Shown here: piece after piece, positions 37,530-46,736 of the stretch | Position numbering within the stretch: the stretch's first letter is position 1 | Layout of the letters: every line of letters begins with the position of its first letter | Source: Guillardia theta CCMP2712 | Lineage: Eukaryota > Protista > Cryptophyta | NCBI RefSeq assembly: GCF_000315625.1 | Contig: NW_005434604.1 | Span: 1-64,000, forward strand | Reading direction: 5' to 3' | Length of the DNA stretch: 64,000 nucleotides | Translations under genes and position numbers: made by a program | The notes under the pieces: generated by a model | Databases searched by the model: none | What the model was told of the DNA's origin: nothing | What the model saw: the letters and a program-made list of their open reading frames with translations, nothing else

Positions 37530-38698
37530 ATGACTCGGAACTCCGAATCGGGAGACCTTTCGAGTATTAAGAAGCAAGGAAATCCAGGTCAAGATGGGTA
37601 TAAACTACTTGTTATGAATGTTGCTGCTATGGTTACTTGCCCTCCCACCAAGCTGTTTGGCTCGAACAAGGAAAAGAAAAACGTACACTGTGATGTTACG
37701 GACGCCCTCAACCAAGATCCTCTTTTCGATGGCTGTTTGAAGGAGAGTAATACGCGAGAGAAGTTCCAAGATGCTATCAAAGAGGCCAACTCCATTATAC
37801 AAAAAGGCGAGGAGTGACACATCAAACGTGCTCAAAACGGCGGTGATGCGATGAGGGAACTCGATGAATTGTACTTACAACTTTCGCGTATTAAACGTCG
37901 CTGGGAACAGAAATGTGATCAACAACGGGCTATGGCAAACGCTGAGGAAGAGGATACCAATACTCGGTTGCAAGCAGTCATGAACACAGTCCAGAAGCGT
38001 GTCAGCATAAATATGCCTCAGTTCGATTATGTAACAGCCAGTGAAAATGCTGCTGATGCCTTCAAGTCAGCAGACAGCGGAAGTCCAGGTACGTCGTCAC
38101 AAATTCCAGGTACGTCGTCACAAAAGGGAAACGCAAGTCGTCTTGACAAAATCATCATGGCATGGTCAGATCATATCCAAGTTGTGTGACCAGACCTACC
38201 AAAGCTTAACATTGAGGGTACATGGTAGACCATAGGCAATTGACGGTGCACCCGGGTACATGGTAGACCATAGGCAATTGACGGTGTACCCTCAAGATGA
38301 TGAAGACCATGTTCATCTTTGATAGCCTCTAGAATCTGAAAGAAATGCTCCTTTCTGAATCGAAATTGTTCCAGGAACTCTTCACCAGTGAAAACTTCCA
38401 TCGATTTAAACGCTCCATGTGATCGTGATCGCATGCGAGGGACAGAAAGCAGACGGACACCATGTCGAACTACGAGATACAGGGCTACACACGTCTGTGC
38501 GACGCAATTGAAGTACATGACAGATGAGTATTTGTAGAATCTTGTACGAAGTCTGTTGAACAAGAACTTTCTCACTGTGATAAAAGTAGGTACGTTTGAC
38601 AGAAACACGGGGTGTATCGCGATGCAATGGCATACTTGTGGTGAGCGTGCGCCCTGTATGAGCACAGCACGCAGGAACGCGAGGAGGGGCACAGTCAA
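37530..38698. mobile_element. Internally deleted PIF/Harbinger-like DNA transposon remnant: accessory ORF (+, 37530-38189, one internal TGA) convergent with a truncated transposase N-terminus (-, about 38300-38698)
   Basis: Minus ORF has FTGEEFLEQFRFRKEHFFQILEAI, the Harbinger transposase N-terminal FRF-x-K-x-x-F motif, but no DDE core follows. ORFs 37530-37817 and 37851-38189 share a frame and resemble Myb/SANT-like ORF1 (DVTDALNQDPLF..LKESNTREKF). No TIRs identified. Confidence 0.6.
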
Positions 38699-40003
38699 GG
38701 CAGGAGGTCAGGATGGGGGGTTGAGGGAGAAATTACAATAGGGGGCTCAATTGCATCTATCGTCACATGATGAAGATTTCAAGCACTCAACAAGTTATCA
38801 GATCAACTTTTTGTATCTTGAATGAGGTGAAAAGTTATTCAAGATGTACCTTCAAAGCTGGGATGTCCTGCAGATGGAGCTAAATTGGAGACAGACTTGG
38901 CATGTATCAAGCAATGCTCGGCTAGTTCAAGCCTCTATCTGTTAGAAAGTCGAATACCTGTGCTTGTCATACTTGCACCATCTTTACAGCGCTATCTGTA
39001 TCCAAGGCATCACAAAAACCTGGAAGGAAAGATCCCTTACAGCATGCTTTCCATCCTTAGTCAGTATTGATGGAAAAACTCACCAAGCTGATGGAGAACA
39101 GAGCAATTCTCACAGAGCTGAATCAGTTCCAACGTTGCGACCGCCGACTCGAAAGCCGCAGCGCCTGCAACAATGCTTGCTTGACCCCTTGGCCTCCGCT
39201 TGGCCTCTACGACCCTCGAGTGAGATGACAGAAGATACCGCACTCTGGTACAACAGTGATCGCCTTTGATCCATCAGCATGTAAGCATGATACCTCAGCT
39301 GTGCTTTCAAGCTTGCTCCTGCCGCATCAAAGGTGCCTTCATCGAGTACCTTTGAGCGCATCCTCGCACATCACCTTCAAGGATGATACCTGACGACCGC
39401 CTATCTTCGTTTGTCATGAGCAACACACATCATGGCTCTTGCTCCTACCAACCATCTATACTTGTCATACCAAGGATGATCTAGGGCTATCGTCACCTAT
39501 AGCGATCATCGTACTCGACCGCTGTCATCATTAAAGATGACATGAAAGGTTTATCTTGTTTGTTCCCTTGCTGACATTGCTCGTTGTGGATAGATATGTT
39601 CTACCTCAACTGGTGGATCAGGGTTCTTTTCTACCCTTCTGTCCCTCCACCACGGATCCCCGCTGATCTTCTCTATCGCCTCTAGCACGAATAGGGTTGA
39701 TCTATCCTTCTTCCTTTGTAATCAAATCCCGAATAAACCTTTCCTTATTCCCCTTCCTACCGTTCTTCATCACCTCCAGAACTCTCTTCATTCCTTCATC
39801 GTTTCAGTCCTTTCCTCTCCACCAAAGTGCTACTTCGTTGTTCCGTACATTATTCCTCTGTCTGAATCAGAGCTCATAACAGTCAGTCTTGCTGTGCTCA
39901 TCAAAGTTGTCTCTTCTGCGCTCAGCGATTGCTTCCTGTTTTAGGGCAAGCTAAGGTTCACGGTTTTAGAGGGATTTTAGTTTTAAAGGTCAACCAAAAA
40001 GCC

Positions 40004-40146
40004 CCTCTCTCTCTCTGTCTCTCTCCCTCTCCCTCTCCCTCTCCCTCTCCCTCTCCCTCTCCCTCTCTCTCCCTCCCTCTCTCCCTCTCTCCCTCTCTCC
40101 CTCCCTCTCTCTCTCTCTCCCTCTCCCTCTCCCTCTCCCTCTCTCT
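40004..40146. repeat. (CTCTCC)n/(CT)n microsatellite
   Basis: Direct reading. Confidence 0.9.
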
Positions 40147-40502
40147 GGAACCCATGTTGACAGGAAGATGAAAACCGTTGAAACACGGTTGACTGTTGAC
40201 ACTTCAAATTTGTACCATTTTTTTTACAACCCAGTCCCGAGCAAACCTGGGAGTCCTGACCACCCTGACCATCTAGGCAAGCACCATAGTAGTTCCACCC
40301 CCGTGGGCAAGCACCTTAAGAGGATGGGAGAGGGTGGGGTGTGTCGAGTAAAAGCCCTCACCTCCCTGCCCATCCAGGGATCCAGCAGGCAAGCACAAGT
40401 GGAAGGGAGAGGGTGGGGGTGTGTAGAGCAATAGCCTGAAAGCCCTGACCACCCTGCCCTTTGAGTGAAGTGTTCTGCCATCCAGCAGGCAAGCACAAGA
40501 GG

Positions 40503-42340
40503 ATGGCATGGCCTCGGGACCTCATGATGCTCATGGCGGTGGTGTGGATGGCTATCCCGATGGCATACGGCGCGAGCAGCGTGAATTGCGGAGGGTGCAC
40601 TTTCCGGGTTTCAGACGAGGGGCTGCTGACGAGGGAGGGCAGCTGCGAGAGCGATTGTGAAACTCTGAATCTATATTCTCAAGGCATCACAAATATGACG
40701 AAAGGAGTGTTCTCCGGGCTGCAGGGGCTGCAGAGTCTATCTCTTGGCGCCAACGAGCTGACGAGCCTCCCTGAGGGGGTGTTTTCTGGTCTAGAGGGGC
40801 TGCAGTATCTAGATCTTTCCGGCAACGAGCTGACGAGCCTCCCTGAGGGAGTGTTCTCCGGGCTGTCAGGGCTGCAGGGTCTATCTCTTGGCAACGTGCT
40901 GACGAGCCTCCCTGAGGGGGTGTTCTCCGAGCTGTCAGGACTGCAGTGGCTAAATCTTTGGAACACCCAGCTGACGAGCCTCCCTGAGGGAGTGTTCTCC
41001 GGGCTGCAGGGGCTGCAGGGTCTATCTCTCGTCGGCAACGTGCTGACGAGCCTCCCTGAGGGGGTGTTCTCCGGGCTGTCAGGACTGCAGTGGCTAGAGC
41101 TTTGGGACACCCAGCTGACGAGCCTCCCAGTAGGAGTGTTCTCCGGGCTGTCAGGGCTGCAGGGTCTATATCTCGGCGGCAACGAGCTGACGAGCCTCCC
41201 TGAGGGGGTGTTCTCCGGGCTGTCAGGACTGCGGTCGCTAGAGCTTTCTCACAACCAGCTGACGAGCCTCCCTGAGGGGGTGTTCTCCGGGCTGTCAGGG
41301 CTGCAGGGTCTATATCTTTCTCACACCCAGCTGACGAGCCTCCCTGAGGGGGTATTCTCCGGGCTGTCAGGACTGAAGTATCTATATCTTTCTCACAACC
41401 AGCTGACGAGCCTCCCTGAGGGGGTGTTCTCCGGGCTGTCAGGACTGCAGTATCTAGATCTTCAGTACAACCAGTTAACATGCATTCCCTCCCAAGCCTT
41501 TTCTGATTCAAATGATCTCATCAATGTATGGCTGCAAAACAATCACTTGACTTGCTACCACGCATCATGGCCGCCATCTGTGCAGCTGGATGCGTGGCTT
41601 GGGACTTGCCAGGACGAAACGGAATGTGATAACCGAGGGGAGATGATGGTTAGCAGCTCTTCTACCACCCCCCCGGAGACGACCCCAGTGGGAGAAGGAG
41701 ATCTCAGCACGACTTCTACCATCCCGGAGACGACCCCTGTCTCTTCTTTGGACGTCACTCTCGCAGACTCGGAATGCACCCTGAACGCGACCTGGGAGCA
41801 CATAATCGAGCATGAGACGGAGCCTTCACAACCCACCCGGGACTACTTCATCACAGGTCGTGCTTTGGGAGTCTCTCAGTGGGGAGCGGTGACGGAATTG
41901 GGTAGGTGGGCTCGGCAGGCTGAGGTTGGTCGGAGTGGAAGAGGTGTGGGTGTGCCAGTACGGCCATCCCTGCTGTCTCGGGCATGGTCGGTCTTCGGGT
42001 GCTATGGTTTGATAGTTTTTTCCTGGTGGTTTTTGGTGGTTGACTGACGGGATGAGGCAGGACTCGGACTCAGGGGACGAGGAGGTGCGGGCCTTTTGTT
42101 TTGTCTACGACGAGATCAGGTTTGTGTGCGTGCCTGCAGTGTTGATGAGTGTTTTTGACTTGTGTTTGTATCCAGGGAGACTTTCAAGCCCTGGGGGCTC
42201 CTGTCGGAGCTCGAGTTATCCTCGCTGCGCAACTACAACTGAGTGGAGACGTGTTTGTAGAGCGCGCTCACCAGGGCAAGGCAGTTTTGATGGTTGATAA
42301 CTATTTTGATTTGAATTTGTACAAATCTCAGGGAGCCTAA
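40503..42340 (+). CDS. Secreted/surface leucine-rich repeat protein: signal peptide, Cys N-cap, about 12-13 LRRs, Cys C-cap, Thr/Pro/Ser stalk, C-terminal domain
   Basis: MAWPRDLMMLMAVVWMAIPMAYGA signal; NCGGC..CESDC cap; 24-aa repeats LxxLxLxxNxLTSLPEGVFSGLSG; TTPPETTPV stalk. The unspliced ORF stops at 42047; probable introns extend it to 42340. Confidence 0.9.
40728..41444 (+). repeat. Coding tandem array of ten 72-bp LRR units (one with a 3-bp deletion)
   Basis: Core CTGACGAGCCTCCCTGAGGGRGTGTTCTCCGGGCTG is nearly invariant; 717 bp = 10x72-3. Confidence 0.95.
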
Positions 42341-42778
42341 CTTTCAAGCCCTGGGGGCTCCTGTCGGAGCTCAAGTTGTCCTCGATGCGCTAGTAGAATC
42401 TGGTCTTCAGAGAACACCCACATTAAGTACTGTGGAGCATCACAGGGCGAATGCTGTTTCAAAAACAGAGCTGTCACAAACTTTGGAGGAGATCAGATCT
42501 TGGCATCGCTACGCGGTGCCACGCCCCGAGTCCCCAACGTCCACAGTGCACGGATCATCCCAAGAGCAGGATTTTTAAATAGCCATTTGTAAACAAAAAT
42601 CGCTCTGAAACATTCTTCAGAAAAATTCGCTTTGAAACAGAAATAGCGTTCTGTAGAAGGGCTAGAAGCTCTCAATTGTTGACAGGCTCCCACTGATCTT
42701 TGGGGGACCTGAGGTGTATGAGATGATTGAATACTATTCTTTGCTATAAATGAATCCACATTCCTCGTTTTCCCTGAA

Positions 42779-43608
42779 ATGCATGAGTGGATCCCGCTCG
42801 CGGTGCATCAGATCTGGCTAGGGAACAGCAGTATTCCACAGCAGGTTCACGAGAATATTGTTTTATGCCGTAGTATCAACAGCGAGCTCAATTTCACCCA
42901 ATGGAGGGACAGGCACTATTCGGGGGTATTTGAGGTCTACCAGCAGAGGCTGAACAACAGCGTCCATGATTTGAAGGATCTGATTGTGAGGAGGTCGGAC
43001 GTTGCCAGGTACGCGATCCTCCACCACTTGGGCGGGAGTTATTTTGACGTCGACTTCGCGTGCAAGAGGAGCATGCATCCCTTGGTGCAGTATCCATTCT
43101 TCTACACCGAGTTTGGTTGGATCACTGGAGCCTGATGCTTGGGAACAGGACTCCGAATGGGATGTTTGGGTCCATGCCCAGGCATGGGAAACTGAGGAGT
43201 GCGCTTGACATGATCTCGGCTGGCAACGTGACGGAGACCTGGACTGGGACTGGGACCAGGCTCTTCTACAACCCGATCCATTCGGGGAATGCCTCCGACG
43301 CTGTGCTGATCCCGAGGGGGTACATGCATCCCTGCGAGACCTATGAGATCAAGATGCTGTGTGACACTTCGGAGGCGTACCTGGTGCATCTCGGGATGGA
43401 GAGCAGGAGGTCGTGGCTACAGACTTTGCTGTGGGTGGTGGTCCCCGCGTTTCTTTCGTACTTTGTTTTTGTGCTGCTGTTGGTGTATGTGTTGGTCAGG
43501 GTGCTGAAGTGCTTCATGGGCATCAGGGCAGGGTACAAGCATGGGTATGCTTTGGTTTTGAGGGAGGGGGAGGAAATCGAGGGTGTAGAACGGCAGAGTA
43601 TGGAATAG
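42779..43608 (+). pseudogene. Intronless GT32 (DXD, Och1/Sur1-like) glycosyltransferase with C-terminal TM helix; one frameshift near 43100-43115
   Basis: IPLAVHQIWLG, RRSDVARYAILHHLGGSYFDVDFAC, then in a second frame NGMFGSMPRH, TGTRLF and the TM LLWVVVPAFLSYFVFVLLLVYVLV. Confidence 0.8.
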
Positions 43609-43773
43609 GTGAGAGGGTGAGAGGAGCATGTTTCCTCTGTCTATATCAGAGGAAACTATATCAGAGTCTATATCAGAGGAAACATGCTGTTCTTGGGTGC
43701 ATAAGAAGTAGTGGGCTTTTGAGTCGAAGGGATTTAGAAGCCTAGGGCTCGGAATGCGACTCAGGACGATGTT

Positions 43774-44768
43774 TTGAAAGCAGTCCAGATTTTGAAGAAT
43801 GTCTCGGGCAAGGCACCTTTGGAAGCAAGTGGGCGTTCGGCCGGTCAGGTCATGGGAGGGGTGAAGTATCACTTCCTGATCTTGTCGAGCCAGGGCGCTG
43901 CCGAGAAGTACAGCTCGAACAGCGACTCGGTGAGGTGCTATGCGCTGCAGCGGGGGTACTCTGCTCAGGTTCTTGATGTGAAAGACCCCCGGTGCGGTGA
44001 GGTGGACGGTTTTTTCTTCAAAAGGGTGTGTGTGGCATACTACTACATACAGGATGTGGGAGAGGGCGACTACATCGTTTCGCTCGACGGGGACAGCGAG
44101 GTTGTGAATCCCCGGGCACTGCATAGAGGAGTGGACCTCCAGTGGGAAGGACTTTTACTTCTACCACCGTTTCCACAACGAGGTGGCAGCGCAGTACATC
44201 GCGAGGAACAGTGAGTACGGGAGGCGGTTCCTGTTTGACTGGTTCAATCTGCACCACAAGAGGAATTCGATCCACGGGTATTCGCGCATGAACGCGGACA
44301 ATGGGGCTCTGCACTGGCTTCTTGGGGAGAGGATCCTGGGCGGTCTGCCTGGAGATTGCAGGAGGCTGGGGATGGAGGGCCTGAACTACTACAAGTTCGT
44401 CGGGTGCGTGCAGCGGGGGCTGGGGAGGTCCTGTGGGAGGCCCGAGTGGGGTCACATTCATGTGTATCCGCATGGTCTTGGGGTGGGTCTACGATGGCTG
44501 AGTTGTCGGGTTCAAGTGGTCCAGCAGCACCTTCATGCACCACGCGATGAAGGTCTCTCCTCTGCAGTCGAATGAGTCCGGGAGGGGGAACCACGGGAGG
44601 ATCATGCCTAGGAGGGAGTCTGGCGAGGGGATGATGGGCCTGGTGGATGACTACTACGTGGAGGAGGGAGAGCTCCAGGGTCTGCTGGGGTCGGCTGCCA
44701 GGAGGATGAGGTCTCATCGGGAGAAACTTGGTTTGGACCCGGGTTCCTGTGTGTTGAGGTTGGTATGA
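43774..44768 (+). pseudogene. Intronless DUF273-family (nucleotide-sugar transferase-like) gene with frameshifts (about 44115 and 44480) and an internal TGA (about 44498)
   Basis: Reassembled: SVRCYALQRGY..FFFKRVCV..SLDGDSEVVNP|HCIEEW..DFYFYHRFHNEVAA..RNSEYGRRFLFDW..ADNGALHWLL..FVGCV..|WVYDG*VVGFKWSSSTFMHHAMK. This follows the DUF273 motif order (VxCY, FFRRHC, DADxGVVNP, IEE, FYxR, DNGALH, WVRDxW, FMxH) as I recall it. Confidence 0.75.
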
Positions 44769-44969
44769 TGATTTTTTTTGTAATGAGAGTTGTTATTTGA
44801 AAATTGGTTTTCTTCAAAACTATTTCTAAAAGTTTGGTGTTGATTGTTCCCTTTGTAATCCCAGCTTGATCATTTATGTTCTTTTTGTGTGATCAGTATA
44901 TATTGCATGAGCTTCAATATTAGATGCTAAGGAAAAAGAGCGCGACGATGAATGCGATCATGAGCAAAA

Positions 44970-46386
44970 CATCACTGTGTGCAGGCTGCCTATTTTCCAT
45001 CTTGTTGACTGTCAGGTGCACCGAGCTCTGCCCGCACGGGACCTTTGCGGACGCGGTGACGGGCATGCCGATCAACCTGCTGGGGGGCTGCGTCTTTGCC
45101 CTGATCCAACCAAGGCGGGCCCTGGTTGATCGTGGAGTGCCGCAATACCTGGACCCCAGTGACCTGGAGGACGCACGTTTGCACAATTCGATCCCATCTC
45201 CAGCGCTCTTTCAACTCGCGGGCGCCAACCTCCTTTTCTCCCCCCCCAGCGTTCAGTCACAGGACGGCTGATGCAGACTTTTCCCCCTCACCTTGAGTGG
45301 CGGGCGCACTTATCTCAGGTTCAGGCAGCTCTCCTCCGGGCTCATGGCAGCTACACGGTGGAGCTCTATCCCCCCGAGGCAGCGAGTCAGTCTTCTACCC
45401 CGTTCCCCCTGGAGCCCCTCCTTCGGAAGACTCAAAACCCACAGCGGCGCTTGCAATACTCTCTGATGGAGGCCACCAACGTTCACCCTTCCAACCAGTG
45501 TCCCATCCACCTCGCACGAGGGGTCGATCGCTTCCTGCATGGGCTACCCCCGGCTAAGCTGCCTCCCACCTGTGATCGTTGTGCTACAGCTCTAGATGCA
45601 TCGGCGGGAAGCAGTGTCTCTCATTTGGCCAATTGTCGTCATCGCGCTGCTCTATGGACCACCGCACATGAGCAGTGTACTGTGGTTCTTCGCGACATTT
45701 GTGTGGAAGCTGGTATCGTCACGAAGCTCCATCAACAGGGACTGCGACACACCCGGACCCTTGTTCCTCAGCATGGCCCCACCAACCGACACATGGGCGA
45801 CCTTTGGCACCCTGGCCTCTCCACCCACACCTGGAATGGGCTGGTTCTGGACTTCACGATGACTCATCCCTACAACAGCAGCGGCAGCCCCGTCGGACTT
45901 TCTGTGCTCTCCGGCCCCGCCCAACAGAAGATTTCCGATCATCGCGCAAGTTATGGCACCCATCACCCACCGAAGGCCTTTCTTCCCTTCACTGAAGGTA
46001 CGGATGGTCTTCTTCATGCTGACGCTTTGCGGTTTCTCTGGTACCTGGCGGATCACCATGGAGCTACGCTGACAGCGGAGTGGGATGGATGCGCTCAGGA
46101 GGCGGTGTATGGGGACCCTGGCTTTCATCGTTTGCGTGCTCGTCTGTTTCGGCAGTATCGCTCTCGTATGGGTCTTGCCGTCCTCCTCGCAGGGGCCTTG
46201 CGCTACTGCTCTTTGTCCTGATCCTTGTTCCCCTGCTTGTCGTGCATGCCGTCGCTTGCGTGGTTGGTGTAGCGGTTTTCGCTGCCTCCTTCGTTTCCTA
46301 GTATTTTATTGAGGCGGGTTTTAAGGCTTTATCCTCCCCCTCCTTTGTTTGCTCCGGTTTGCCCTTCTTTTTCAGTCAATAAAAAA
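44970..46386 (+). mobile_element. 5'-truncated non-LTR retrotransposon with CCHC knuckle and restriction-like endonuclease (CRE/R2-type), ending in a 3' UTR and short poly(A)
   Basis: ORF 45271-46221: CDRC..SHLANC zinc knuckle, AHEQ (RH-like), GD..LVLDFTMTHP..QKISDH, FLPFTEGTDG..ALRFLWYLA. Ends AATAAAAAA at 46378-46386. No RT domain remains. Confidence 0.8.
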
Positions 46387-46736
46387 GGAATTTGTTCAGC
46401 AGCAGCCATCTATGGGTTTGTGAACGATTCGGAGGGGAAGGAGGGGGAAGGGAGGGGAAGCAGAGAACGGGGAAAATAACTTAGTAACAACGTAGGGAAG
46501 AAATTAAAGGAACAATCATGGGAATGGAGAGGAGAGGATTGTGATGAGTTGGAGAGGGTAGCTAAGGGATACAAAGACTATTGGGTCTGAAGTACGAGGG
46601 ATGGTACTGCTAAAGATCTCGAGCGACAACCCGGAAAACTTTACCGGCATTGTAGTTGAACGCTGCAACAGGAAAGATGGAAGACGGAGAAGGATGGGCG
46701 TGGCTGAAGGACAAGTCCAGGTGAGTTCCAGTTAGA

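Noticed and set aside
37204-38867. Near-identical 16-mer TCAAAGCTG(C/G)GATGTC on both sides of the Harbinger remnant
   Set aside because: Direct rather than inverted, and too long for a 3-bp Harbinger TSD; cannot define element ends
39110-39361. YHAYMLMDQRRSLLYQSA resembles the PRMT N-terminal HxxMLxDxxR motif
   Set aside because: No SAM-binding VLDxGxGxG motif follows; could be a chance match or a heavily decayed fragment
40728-41444. Repeat/variable-spacer pattern superficially like a CRISPR array
   Set aside because: In-frame coding LRR units; the variable parts are homologous to each other; eukaryotic context and no cas genes
40679-41511. Long antisense ORFs (167 and 274 aa) over the LRR array
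   Set aside because: By-product of a stop-free 72-bp tandem repeat; no independent coding signal
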